A stretch of DNA of 56,961 bases from Octopus sinensis (lineage: Eukaryota): the NCBI RefSeq assembly GCF_006345805.1, contig NW_021833681.1, positions 1-56,961 on the forward strand. Reading direction: 5' to 3'. Position 1 is the stretch's first letter. The number at the start of each line of letters is the position of its first letter. Below are positions 38,078 to 52,471 of this stretch, piece after piece. Both the position numbers and the translations under genes were made by a program. Under the pieces are notes generated by a model. The model was not told where the DNA came from and did no database searches. It was given only the letters and a program-made list of their open reading frames with translations.

Positions 38078-38729
38078 TGTATGTATGATGTATGCATGTA
38101 TGTATGGTCAGGTCACTTTTCACTGCTACTGGTAACATGTAACCCAGTAAAACCTGTTGCATGGTCGGGTCGTCGGCGACTAAACCGGCAACCCCACCAA
38201 GCTTGCTTCGTGAGGAGGGTGTTTATTGGACGCCATGCGGGATGAAAAACAAAACCCGTCAAAGGGCGGAGGAACTCTTGAGAGTCAACGGCCACCCAAT
38301 AAATGTCTTAAAACTGGATCATGCACAGGTACATAGAAATAATCGGACTGAATACCCGATCGCGTGGTTAAACCATTGGGAGTGAAAGACTCCTAGCCTT
38401 TGTTAGGGCATCCTTCGAGGAGAAGGCAACTCAGGTAACTGGGATAACTCCGACATAAAACCTGCGGCTCAGTGGTTACCGATGATGTTGACTTGTTCTT
38501 CTTTTCGGATTATGGCTGCTGTTGCTTAGTGAGTGGGATTGACTCAGTGCACAGCCTTTCCCCACTTAAAAAAAAATCTTGCACAGGCATTGCACGATAA
38601 CAACATTGATTAAGCTTCGTGCAATGGCCATACTCGATAACGAGGGGGCTGCCACCATGTATGTATGTTTGTATGTATGTATGTATGTATGTATGTATGT
38701 ATGTATGTATGTACGTATGTATGTATGTA

Positions 38730-38765
<36 letters not shown>

Positions 38766-38945
38766 TTTGTGTCTGTGTTTGTCACCCGCTGCAAGTTGAC
38801 AAGTGGCGTTGGTATGTTTCTATCCTCATAATTTAGTGATTTGGCAAGGAAGAGGGATAGAATAAATACCAGGATTTAAAATATGATTTCTGGGTTCGAT
38901 TCATTCCACAGAAAGCCCTTGAAGGTGGTATCCCATCATGGCCTT
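37890..38945 (+). mobile_element. Family B SINE interrupted in its central (ATGT)n
   Basis: 5' half at 37890-38050 and 3' half at 38760-38945, with foreign sequence between. Confidence 0.7.
38106..38660 (+). mobile_element. Probable RTE-type LINE 5' UTR with no ORF
   Basis: GC-richer hairpin-rich segment with a ggagaaggcaactc motif resembling RTE 5' ends; stops at gccaccATG, which runs into (TATG)n. Family call is from recall only. Confidence 0.45.
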
Positions 38946-39038
38946 CTGTCTGTATGTTTGTATATTTGTACGCACGTCCGTATGTATGTATGCATATATA
39001 TGTATATATATATATGCACACACACATCTGTAAGCATG

Positions 39039-39121
<83 letters not shown>

Positions 39122-39499
39122 CTCGATCCAACCATCGACCAATCCAAACCTCTCAATCTATCTATCTATGTGTCTATGTATCTATCTGTCTGTCTGTCTG
39201 TGTGCATATGTGTATATGTGCGTGCATGTCTTTGTGTTATATCCTGCACTTCATGACAATCGGTATTGATTGTGAAGATACGCACACATATACAGATAAG
39301 CACAGACACAGAGGTATGCGCCCCCCCACACACATAAGCACACACATACATGCACACACATACATAGGATTTAAAGATATGGCTGTTATTTCTTGCATGG
39401 CGAATGACCACATAGAAGCGCGTTCCTTTCTGTTTTGGCTATTATTAATGTTAGTGTTACTGAAAACTTTTCCATGTTGTTGTTGTTGTTGCAGTTGCT

Positions 39500-39862
39500 G
39501 TTGAGCGAACGGTCTTCGTCCCAGAGCTTGCAAGATAGGAGAAGTCCGAAACGTGGTCCTTTGCTATTCGTAAGACCCGCCAAAGAGAAAGCAGGTCAAC
39601 CCCCAACACCAAGAGCATCGACGGATGGATGACTGCGCATCCAGGCTCAGCGGTTGCGTAGGAAGTCGGGGACAAGAAACAGGAAGAAAGAGAGAAAGTT
39701 GGGGTGAAAGAGTACAACAGGGGTCGCCACCCCACTGCCGGAGACGCGTGGAGCTTTAGATGTTTTTGCTCAATAAACACACACAACGCCCGGTCTGGGA
39801 ATCGAAGCCGCGATCCTCCGGCCGCGAGTCCACTGCCCTAACCACTGGGCCATTGCGCCCCC
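39500..39862 (-). mobile_element. tRNA-SINE (family C-type head), copy 2 of pair
   Basis: Colinear with 37100-37462. Confidence 0.85.
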
Positions 39863-39892
39863 ATGTTATTGTTGTTGCTAATATGGGTGCTG

Positions 39893-40285
39893 TAAGGCGG
39901 CGAGCCGGCAGAAACGTTAGCACGCCGGGCGAAATGCTTAGCGTAACGTCTGCCGTTACGTTCTGAGTTCAAATTCCGCCGAGGTCGACTTTGCCTTTCA
40001 TCCTTTCAGGGTCGATAAATTAAGTACCAGTTACGCACTGGGGTCGATATAATCGACTTAATCCCTTTGTCTGTCCTTGTTTGTCCCCTCTATGTTTAGT
40101 CCCTTGTGGGCAATAAAGAAATAAGAAACTTTAGCACGCCGGGCGAAACGCTTAGCGGTATTTCATCATGTCTTTACGTTCTGAGTTCAAATTCCGCCGA
40201 GGTTACCTTTGCCTTTCATCCTTTCGGGCTCGATAAATTAAGTACCAGTTGCGTACTGGGGACGATATAATCGACTAGCCCCAGA
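39893..40285 (+). mobile_element. Family A SINE dimer
   Basis: Full unit, then junction gaaataagaaactttagcacgcc and a second unit. Confidence 0.85.
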
Positions 40286-40539
40286 TAATGTTTCTGACAG
40301 CCCGCCGCCTTAATATATCTAGAACTATGTTGTCATGATTCATTTCGTCTTTTTGTTTCTTTTAGCAAGGTTGCCAACAATGTAACGGAATTTTGCTGTT
40401 ATGTCCAGGAGTAAATCTAGAACGACCGCATGAGGTTCCATAATTACTTTATTCACCATAATCACCACCCCTTTGATATTAGTGTCTCGAGTCCTAGGAC
40501 GAATAGGGTCAGTCACTCAGTTTCCACGTCACCTACGTG

Positions 40540-40740
40540 TCCGAGATCACACTTCCTCTGAACATGGCGCTGTTCAGTTGCAGAGTTACTCATTTACTGT
40601 TGAGTGAATTGTGGCAACAAGAAATCAACGATGTGTATTGGCCAAGAAACCAAGGCACCACCCTGTTTGGGAATCAAACCACAATCTTGCAATCGTGAGT
40701 GAAACACATTAACCACTAAAAAACCACACGTCTTCACCTT
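40540..40740 (-). mobile_element. Old tRNA-SINE (family C-like)
   Basis: Reverse complement tagtggttaatgtg..gtttgattccc..cactcaacagtaaatgagta. Confidence 0.55.
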
Positions 40741-41495
40741 GTTACCTGATTGGCTTGTTATTATGATTGTTGTTGATAATTGTCCATTATTAAGTTAAGT
40801 TGGTTTGCTTTTACTTTCTGCCATTTTGCAATATTTGTTACTGCCGTTTAAATTGTATAAAACTGAACGAGAAATTAATTAAATCACTTCAGATTTGATC
40901 AAATAATTCTTACTTTAGATTTATTGATGTTTTTCTAACAAATTTCTCCATTCTTCCCTTACCGAAACACCCCCAAAACATCATCAAACGACTATGTTTC
41001 TTTTTTTACTCAATTCTTTTCTAAAACATAAATGCGTTATATAGAATTTAGCTGAGTGGAATATTTCTTAACAAGATATTTTGTTGCTATATTTTACAAT
41101 TGACACCGTTTTTAATAAAGTTACAATTCCATTTCATAACATCTTCTCTCAATATTTGAATTCTAATCAGTTGAAGGTAAATAACTACAATGGATTATGT
41201 GTGTGTAAATATGCAAGTTTGGGTGCAAGTGTGCGTGAATATGGGCGATTGCATGCGTGTGTATGTTTTTATGTATGATATATATATATATATATAACTT
41301 GTTCGATAGCAAAGCCTTATGTAAATATATCACTATATACATATGAATATGTACCAACTGCGTACAGAAATGTGTTTGCGTGTATATATATATACACACA
41401 CATAAATATATAATTTGGCGTTCCAAAAGTACAATATATATGTATTACACATCCACATATATCTAGATTCAGATACATATGCATATATATATATA

Positions 41496-42672
<1,177 letters not shown>

Positions 42673-43019
42673 CGCTAATAAACCAGATTTTTACTACTGG
42701 AAGGTAGAGAACTTTGGGTGGCGTCCAAAGTTTCGTAAATTAAACATGTGTAACAAACCATGGAAAGAAATGTACTCTACACAATTGTACGGGAGACAGA
42801 CTAAAGGAACGTACCTGTTTTTCTTCCATAGACCTAGCACCTCATCCTTTTCGTACAACCCCATAGAACCCTGTCGTTTCATTAGTGAAATGCGAACCTT
42901 TTCCTATATTCTAGACAGATCCCTGGCACGAGAATAATATCGCTCTCCCTTACGTACCCTGAAATTTCCACTTAAAACCATGGGTGCATGCTCTTTCTTT
43001 CTTGATTTTGCCATATCAA

Positions 43020-43740
43020 AAAAATCAAGTTCGAGAGAAGAGGTACAGACACGGTTCGAAGACCACCGGACCGACCTGCCCGAGATGCGATCAGAGCGAC
43101 GAAACCGTTCTGCACGCACTCGTGCAGAGTCCAGATACTTCAGAGCTGTGGACCTTCGTCGAACAGCTGGTGTCGCGTGTGGGACGGGCCCGCTTATCAG
43201 CTGATTCTATCGTGAATATTGTTCCGCCACCTTCCTTTAGACGGGAAGGAAAAACAGTTTTCGTAACACTGATAGCTATGGCAAAAAATGCATGTGTTGG
43301 ACGCGTTTGAAAGGCCTACAAACAAACACTTTCCTCTCTGGTCAGTCTCTCGTCAACTTTTTCAAGTACCACTTGAAAAGGAGGATGAAAATAGAGAGGA
43401 AAGTATTGTCGAATGGGTAAATGTGGTAAGAATGGTCAGTATGAAAGACGACACCATTTTAAGCATAAATCTGTAACAAAAAGAGAAAACGAGAGGAAAG
43501 GTTCTTACTCTTATGGACATTTTGAACTGCCTGAGGTGACCTTGGTCTTTTGTGTAGGTTTTTCTTTCCAAGGCTACACCTAAACTGTAAATAATATCGT
43601 TTCCCTACTCTTTTTTTGGAACTTTATATATATATGTATTTCCTTTTTTGTTCATAACACAGCCCAACGATCCCTATTGATCGGACTTTTTCTTTATGTG
43701 TTCCACCCATCCCACCTCGAAAAGAAAAACTCTACATTGT
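43020..43740 (+). mobile_element. L1/Tx1-type LINE 3' end
   Basis: VREKRYRHGS..CPRCDQSDETVLHALVQ (degenerate zinc knuckle), a frameshift, stop at 43476, then a T-rich UTR. Confidence 0.7.
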
Positions 43741-43864
43741 ATTTCGTCTAAAACAAATGCAGGTATAATAATAATTTTTATTATTATGAGGGTCGGCTGG
43801 AATGTTCATAATCTGAGCAAGACACTCTCAATGGAATGTGACCAAATGAAGTTCATTTTCTAAC

Positions 43865-44608
43865 ATAGTTTCTCTTAGTCTTCAAGTGAACGTGACTTGG
43901 GTGTTATTGTCGACAGTGATTTGCGTTGGACAAAACACATCGCCAAAATTGTCAAGAAGGCTGAGGGTGTCTTGGCATCACTCACCAAATCCTTTGTGAG
44001 CCGCTCTCCGGCTATCTATCTGCGGCTTTATATAGCTATGGTAAGACCTCACCTGGAATTTGCATCACCGGTCTGGAACCCCTATCTTGCCCAGGACATC
44101 AATCGTCTGGGAGCTGTTCAGCGACGTGCAACCAAAAGAATACCCTCCATCAGGCATTTGCCATATCCTGAACGCCTTACTTCCCTGGGCATGGACACAT
44201 TGAAACTCCGACGTCTGGCAGCTGACTTGGCAGACACCCATAAAATTATCAACCATCGCACAAACAATAACACTGAGCACCTCTTCAAACTCCACCCATC
44301 TAACACCCGTGGACATATTTACAAAGTAAGAAAACAGCACAGCTCCCATGACTTCAGGAAACATTTTTTCACGCTGAGAGTTGCCGAAGCGTGGAACAAA
44401 CTGCCGGCATCGGTTGTTAGTTCAAGACTTCCATGCTTCCTGAGATTCGCCAACACTACACTTGATTTTCTCCCCTCCATACACACACAAGCATGTTCAC
44501 TTTCCAGACATTTCTACATTACTGCATGTACTTTATATGCACTTTCTGACAAGTTGTGGTGCACCTGAGCACTGTATACAATAATTTCATTATTATTATT
44601 ATTATTAT
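43865..44608 (+). mobile_element. CR1-type LINE 3' end
   Basis: DLGVIVDSDL..VRPHLEFASPVWNP..VQRRATK..YPERL..KHFFTLRVAEAWNKLP, with an (ATT)n tail. Confidence 0.9.
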
Positions 44609-44614
44609 TACTGT

Positions 44615-45030
44615 CCACACGCTTCCATTAGTAGTTGCAGTGTTGGGTCGCACTGGTGAAGAAGCTTTTCTGTCGATCAAAATGGTCATCAACAACAGAT
44701 AAGATGTTCTCATCAAAGTGATACTGGTGCTCAGCTGAGTGTTTTTCTATGTTGGTAAACAGATGATAACCAGAAGGAACCAAATCACTAACATAGGGAG
44801 GATGATCAGCCAGTTCAAAGCCAGTCACACACAGCAGCCATTGAAACCAAGGACTTGTGTGCTGAAGCATTGTCCTAATGAAACAAGACCCCATTCATCA
44901 GTTTTTCTGGGTGTTTGGTCTTTATAGCCTTTCATAACTGCCTTAGGAAGTTGGTATTGAAATTTTCCATTGATGGTGTGATCATTTTGAAGATATCCAA
45001 TAAACACAATATTTTTTGCATTAATGCATA
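44615..45030 (-). mobile_element. Mariner transposase C-terminal remnant
   Basis: GFELADHPPYVSDLVPSGYHLF (degenerate YSPDL motif); upstream IVFIGYLQNDHTING. Confidence 0.8.
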
Positions 45031-45321
45031 GTATATATAATAATGTGAAGTATATTTTGCATATTAAAATGTTTAATTTTGGAAATGTATCAAGCAGTAA
45101 AAATACAAATTGCAAGTATTTCAAAATGTGGGTCACTACATGACAAAAACTAACAAAAGAAAAGGAAGAAAATAGTGGTGCTTGTGTTCCAAAGGTACAA
45201 TGAGAAGGTTCAGGAGAAGGATAGAGAGATGGGGTTGAGGGAAGCAAGTTAGAAGGAAAGAAAAGAATGAAAAGTGAAAAGATAAACTGGGGATCTGAAA
45301 TGAGTACTAGGCAGGAAATTG

Positions 45322-45510
45322 GCCCCTGTGCCGGTGGCATGTAAAAACAGCACCCACTACACTCTCAGAGTGGTTGGCGTTAGGAAGGGCATCCAGCTGT
45401 AGAAACACTGCCAGATCAGACTGGAGCCTGGTGCAGCCTCCTGGCTTCCCAGACCCCAGTCGAACCATTCAACCTATTCCAGCATGGAAAATGGACATTA
45501 AACGATGATG
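45322..45510 (+). mobile_element. SINE/LINE 3' fragment (ggcgttaggaagggcatccagc motif)
   Basis: Motif recalled as a widespread SINE central/3' domain; ends in ccagcatggaaaatggacattaaacgatgatg. Confidence 0.5.
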
Positions 45511-45919
45511 TCTTACCTATGCAATGGTCAAGTAGAAAAACTATGAGTGATAAAAAATTGGATTGTCTTTTGGTACCAAAAAAGTGAAGAAAGAGAGTAG
45601 AGAAGGTTAGGGAAGAGCAAGTAGGAAGAAAGAGAGAGTGCGGAGAAATAAAGGAATAAAGATAGACAGTAGGTAGTTGACAGAGATGGACAGAAGAAGA
45701 AATGGAAGGCAGTAAAGAGAGAAAAGCAGCAGATAGGTAGAGAGGTTAAAAGAGGGGAGAAGAGAAGGACAGAGAAATAGATAGAAAAGAGAGACAGTCT
45801 TGCACCAAATATTGAACACTGTGTAGGGTACCATCGAGTGAGAACAGAAGTGAGTGTGTGACATTACATTGACTAACAGCCATAAAATGTTGCACAGAAA
45901 GTCAACACACACACATATA

Positions 45920-47810
45920 TAATGATGAAGGAAATTGATGTATACAGTGCTCAGGTGCTCTACAACTAAAAAGCAAAAAATGGCCATCAGGTGTACTGTT
46001 GGCGGATTTCAGGACACATGGAAGTTTTGAAGGATGTAGTGTCTTGACAGCTAACAACTGATGCAGGTGGTTTATTCCATGCTTCTGCAATTCTGAGCAT
46101 GAAAAATTGTTTCCGAAAGTCATGGGTGCTGTGTTGTTATTTGATTTTATAAGCGTGTCCGTGAGTGTTTGTCATATGGAATTCAAAAAGATACCTAAGG
46201 TTGTTGTTGGAAATATGGTGGATAATCTTGTGGGTGTCAATCAAGTCAGTTGCCAGACGTCTGGGCTTCAATGTATCCATGCCCAGGAATGCAAGACGTT
46301 CAGAGTATGGTAGATGTCTGATGGCGGGTATTCGCTTTGTTGCACATTTCTGAACAGTTTCCAGATTTATATGCTGAACAAGAGAGGGGGTTCCAGGCTG
46401 GTGATGCAAATTCCAAGTGTGGACATACCATTGTAGTATACAATTTTAAATAGATAGCTGGAGAGTGGCTGACAAAGGTCTTACTGAGTGGTGCTAGCAC
46501 CCCCTCAGGCTTTTTGACTGTCTTAGATATGTGGTTTGTCCAATGCAGATTGTTGTTTACAATAATACCCAGATCATGTCCATTAGAAGACTTCTTGTGA
46601 TTGGTGTTGCTGAGGGAGTATGTAAAGGCTGGAGTTTTCCTCCCAAAATGCATGGTGACACACTTGTCTACAGCTAGCTTGAGTTGCCAGTCAGAGGTCC
46701 ACTGCTGCATTGTATCCAGGTCTGATTGCAGGATAGGATCTGTTTTTTTTTATTTCAAGGTACAGCTTGGTGTCATCTGCATATTTCAGCACTGAAACAT
46801 TCCTCAAATTGGCATCTATATCATTAATATATGCAACCAACAGTAAGGGTCCAAGAACAGATCCTGTGGTACACCAGAAGTAATATTGTAGGGTGAAGAA
46901 CGATGTCCTAGAACTGTAACTATATCTTCCCAGCCGAGAATGAAGGATTTCAGTCAGTTATAGAGATCGTCCTTCACACTCACTGCAGGGATTTTTAACA
47001 CGAGTCGTTTGAGTGGTACAGAGTTGAAGGTTTTAGCAAAATCAGGGTAGACAGTATCTACCCATGAGCTGCCATCAATAACTCAGGTTATGTCCTCAAG
47101 AAACTTGACTACAGCAGCTGGATTTGGGGATAAAACAAAATTGCGAGAGCTAAATAAGGCTGTGAGAGCACCAAAAGTTCCAGAGTGTTTCCCTGATACA
47201 GGACTCCGTCAGTTTGGTGATGCAGCTAGTAAGGCTGACTGGACAGTAGTTGACAGGTGATGTGCGATCACCTGTTTTGAACAGGGGAATAACACTGACA
47301 ATTTTCCAGTGCTCTGAAGTGAAACAGTTGTTAAGCAGAATTGACAAAAGGAAGAAAGCTGGTGCAATAGAAAGAACCTACATTTGAGAAGAAAATAAGT
47401 TACACCATCAAGACCAGGAGAGGCCTAGTTGTGCTTATTCTTGAGGTGGTGTCACAGCATTGTGGATGTGAATTTCACAGATATTATGGAATTTGATGTC
47501 AGAGTTGGTGAAGAAGATACATTGGGGTTATCAGAAGTAAAAATGCCATCATAGCATTCAGTAATAAGCTCAGTGCATTCCTTGGCTTCATCAGTCATCA
47601 GATCTGTGTGGGAACACACATATTTTCAGAACACTTTGCTGTCAGGGCTATTTGCTAGTTGTTATACATCATTCAAACTCAAGCACTGCCTTTTTCGTTG
47701 CTTGCTTGAGTCGATTAGATGATCTGTTGCATCTTCTTCTGCTCTCATCTGTTCTATGCCGTGTGTATTTCTGTTTAGCATCACAACAATCTTTCCTGGC
47801 AAGTCGAACA
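45920..47810 (-). mobile_element. CR1-type LINE, ~1.9 kb, heavily decayed; same family as 43865-44608
   Basis: HWKIVSVIPLFKTGDRTSPVNYCPVSLTSCITKL, QQWTSDWQLKL and LETVQKCATKRIP; shared 3' motif gcacctgagcactgtatac. Confidence 0.9.
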
Positions 47811-47828
47811 GCTGCAAGAATTTTTATA

Positions 47829-47950
47829 GGAAGTCTCATCCTCGGTTCCACGAAATCCTCAGAACTTTCCAGGAAGTCTCATCCTCGGAACTTTCCATGA
47901 AATCCTCGAAATTTCCCAGGAAGTGTCATCCTCGGAACTTTCCATGAAAT
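47829..47950 (+). repeat. Three ~45 bp tandem units (ggaagtctcatcctcgg..)
   Basis: Direct reading; lies at the 5' truncation end of the CR1 copy. Confidence 0.75.
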
Positions 47951-48354
47951 ACTAGGAATACTAGATGCTGGTCATGTTGTTGTTCTTGTTGTTTGCTGCT
48001 ACTGTTGTTGTTGTCACATACTTTTTATTTTGACGCTACTTTGCTTCAGAAGTTGGTTAGTCATAAATTCCCTTAGGACCTGGCATATATTTTTATATTT
48101 ATCGCATTATTTAGACCCCCGCCCCAATCCCAAATCAACAACAAAAAAGACAAAGACAAAACACGCAGAAACACACCTGATAGTGATTAGATCGAATGTA
48201 GTAATGATGGAATTATTCCAGTCCAATATTGAAAATAGAAGTCTGAAAATAAGAAATGCAATATTATTTCAAACACATCTCATGAATATTACACGGTGTT
48301 TTACTAACTGTGTCACCCCTCTCCTCCTGCATTAAAAGGCATTATTTCTGAATA

Positions 48355-49190
48355 TTTTCTACTGTAGGCACAAGGTCCGAAATGTTGTGGGGAGGGGCCC
48401 AGTCGATTAGATCGACCCCAGTACGTACCTGGTACTTAATTTATGGACCCCGAAAGTAGGAAAGGCAAAGCCGACCTCGGTGGAATTTGAACTCCGAACG
48501 TAAAGACAGACGAAATACTGCTAAACATTTTGCCCGGCGTGCTAACGATTCTGCAAGGTCGCCGCCTTTGGGGGTTCTATAATCTTTTATACTCTAAGCA
48601 CAAGGCCAGAAATTTTTGGTGGAGGGAGCCAGTCGATTAGATCGACCCCAGTACGCAACTGGTACTTAATTTATCGACCCCGCAAGGATGAAAGGCAAAG
48701 TCAACCTCGGCGGAATTTGAACTCCGAACGTAAAGACAGACGAAATACCGCTAACCATTTGGCCTGGCGGGCTAACATTTCTCAATTCTTTATTGGCCAC
48801 AAGGGGCTAAACATAGAAGGGACAAACAAGGACAGACAATGGGATTAAGTCGATTACATCGACCCCAGTGCGTAACTGGTACTCAACTCGAAAGGATGAA
48901 AGGCAAAGTTTACCTCGGCGGAATTTGAACTCAGAACGTAGCGGCAGACGAAATACCTATTTATTTACAACCCACAAGGAGCTAAACAAGGACAGACAAA
49001 CAAGGACAGACAAACGGATTAAGTCGATTATATCGACCCCAGTGCGTACGTGGTACTTATTTAATCGACCCCGAAAGGATGAAAGGCAAAGTCGACCTCG
49101 GTGAAATTTGAACTGAGAACGTAACGGCAGACGAAATACGGCTACGCATTTCGCCCGGCGTGCTAACGATTCTGCCAGCTCACCGCCTTC
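48355..49190 (-). mobile_element. Head-to-tail array of four family A SINE units
   Basis: Cores at ~48440, ~48680, ~48890 and ~49070; junctions at ~48785 and ~48960. Confidence 0.85.
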
Positions 49191-49802
49191 GCATTAATTC
49201 TGAATGACCAAGGGATCTCCTATGACATAAAGTGCGATGTAATGTATGACAACTAAATCTACCTCTGTTCTCATTTTGTGGTCTTAAATAAACGAAAAGC
49301 ACAATGCATAACAAGAGTTCTGAGAAAAAAATGAAGCAATACTTTTTGAACATAGGAACCGTGCAAAAGCTGTAATGACAACAACAATACCAGCAACAAC
49401 ATACAAACAATAAATCTATTTCTCTTTAAGCGGATGCAACATATACTCACTCACTCGCTCACTCACTCACTCACTCACTCACTCACTCACTCACGCACTC
49501 ACTCACTTACTCACTCACTCACTCACTCACTCACTCACTCACTCACTCACTCACTCACTCACTCATTCACTCACTCACTATCTCTCTCTATGTCTGTCAC
49601 TTCCTTCTGTACACACACAGACACGCGCATACATACAGGCAAACAGACATATATTTCTCCATCTCTCTCTCTCTAGCTATACACTCTCACATACACACAT
49701 GTACACACACACATACATGATATACGCTGATTTTGTATTTGCATTTGACTCTCCCTAGAAACAAGACACATAAATACATGCATACATACATACATACATA
49801 CA

Positions 49803-49834
<32 letters not shown>

Positions 49835-49942
49835 CATGCTTACACAGATACATACATACAATCATGAAAATATTCGTATGCATATATATATGTATATATA
49901 TGCATATATGCATATACATACGCACACACACTCACACAAACG

Positions 49943-49982
<40 letters not shown>

Positions 49983-50084
49983 CATATACACACACGAACA
50001 CACCCACGCACGAACCTAATGTATATATCTTTATATATACCCAGGTCTCTCTTTCTCTGTCGACATAGCCATATATATATATAC

Positions 50085-50148
<64 letters not shown>

Positions 50149-50783
50149 CACATACGCATTCACGTATACACACAAATACACGCACACATACACACACACA
50201 CACGTACACACACACATAACGTATCAACGCAATCGTTGTCCGCAGTCGGAGAAAGCCACACACACCCTTCTTTTCATCTCCATCATTGTTAACGCATTAC
50301 TATGCTAACTGCATTGCAGTTATTATACAGCGATTTATTCAGAATGTTTCGCCTTTAATCGTATAAGTTTACGCTCGGTCAATCGAACAGATTCCATGTT
50401 TGTTCAACACAGCATTCAGCCATTTTGAAAAAGTCAGTAGATAATGCTTCTAAGTTAGCCTGTCTGGCTTTATTATCTCTTGTCTTATGTATATATATAT
50501 AATAACTATACAACGTAAATCAATAATAAAATGTGTGTATGTGTGATAGTTAAGATCATTTATGTGCAACTTTAATAATTAATTAATTAATTAATTTACT
50601 AATTAATTTTTAATGAGACAGCATATTTCAAAAGATATGTAACGTACACTTGTTAACGATTGCATCGCTGGTTTTTGCAGCCGGGTTTTCAATAAGAAAT
50701 CTAAGGCGTAAATCTGTGGTTCACTGCACTTTTAGACCTAGCATGCCGTAATTGCTGTTGCCGTTGCTGCTGCTGTTGCCCCA

Positions 50784-50850
<67 letters not shown>

Positions 50851-51746
50851 TTACTACTACTACCACTACCTCTGCTGCTGCTGCTGTTGTTGTCAGTGAT
50901 GCCGGTGTAGGTATTGTGTAGTTTCAGATCAATCATGGTGAAACTGAATGATTTTCAAAGCCACATTCCATCCGTGATTTTCCATTACATTTGATTATCT
51001 GAGATAGTTGTACTGTACGCGGTATTTCCATTTTTCTTATTCAAGACCGTTAGAGTACCATCTAAGGAAGATTTGAGTATGATACTAGTTCCTATTTCTA
51101 GCAAGTCGGGAAGCCTAGAGAAAAGTCCCTTCATTGAGTCATTGTTGTTGATATTTTGCGCTTTTAGCTCCTGGTCATCCTTAAACATAGAAGATATTTA
51201 GGACATGACCATCTAATCTTTCATACAGATGAGACAAAAAACAGAGAGAACATGAACTCAAGAACAAAACTAAATTATTAAAAAAGAAATTGGGTAGAGA
51301 GAAAAGTGGATATTTACCCCTTTCTTTGTCTTTCTACTCAATATTTGCTAACATAAGTTGCTGTTTTGTTCACATTCGTTCTCTGCCGTGACTCATACTC
51401 ATATCTCCATTAGTAATTGTCTCCATCGTCCCTCCAACAGATTCTAAAAGTCTTTTTATCATATGGATTTACTATTTTCATCATGTCTATTTTTATCATG
51501 TGAGTTTACCATGAATATATGGCGTACTACTACGGTATTTGCTGTTCGTCCTTGTGCAAATATGCTCGAAGACATTTGCTGGAAAGTAAGCGTGTACCTA
51601 GCTTCCTGTAAGAAGATTCTAGTTTTGCTTATTTACCGAGTGTATTAATGGCTCAGAATTGCCGCCTCTTTGCATAATATGCATTATAAAATCAGTGATT
51701 TAGTGAAACTGCTCTAAGTGTATATCTTCATCTTCTCATAATGTAT

Positions 51747-51789
<43 letters not shown>

Positions 51790-51889
51790 TATATATATAA
51801 TATATATATATATACATATATATATATTATATATATATATATACATATATGTACGTACATACCTCTACATGTATATATACACGCATATA

Positions 51890-52075
51890 TGAGTACGGGA
51901 TACCAAAAAAACGTCGAACACAATGAGAAACGAAAACATAGACACAAACCCAAGGAACTGGACATTTTTCTTAAACAACAAAAAAACAAAAAAATAGAGT
52001 ACAGGACAAATAACACAAGGAAAAAACCCCTTCTTCAGTCGCCATGGTTTCATCTACTCTACGTTTCGAAGGTGA

Positions 52076-52108
<33 letters not shown>

Positions 52109-52120
52109 ATAATATATATA

Positions 52121-52166
<46 letters not shown>

Positions 52167-52414
52167 TATATATATATATATACATATATGTACGTACATA
52201 CCTCTACATGTATATATACACGCATATATGAGTACGGGATACCAAAAAAACGTCGAACACAATGAGAAACGAAAACATAGACACAAACCCAAGGAACTGG
52301 ACATTTTTCTTAAACAACAAAAAAACAAAAAAATAGAGTACAGGACAAATAACACAAGGAAAAAACCCCTTCTTCAGTCGCCATGGTTTCATCTACTCTA
52401 CGTTTCGAAGGTGA

Positions 52415-52415
<1 letters not shown>
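51890..52415 (-). mobile_element. Two tandem copies (339 bp period) of a Penelope-like terminal remnant
   Basis: Minus strand ccttcGAAACGTAgag..cgaCTGAAGAagggg (separated hammerhead half-cores); copies are separated by (TA)n. Confidence 0.5.

Positions 52416-52469
<54 letters not shown>

Positions 52470-52471
<2 letters not shown>

Noticed and set aside
52020-52080. Complete type II hammerhead on the minus strand
   Set aside because: Stem I cannot form (G-A at 1.1-2.1) and stem II is weak; kept only as a remnant.
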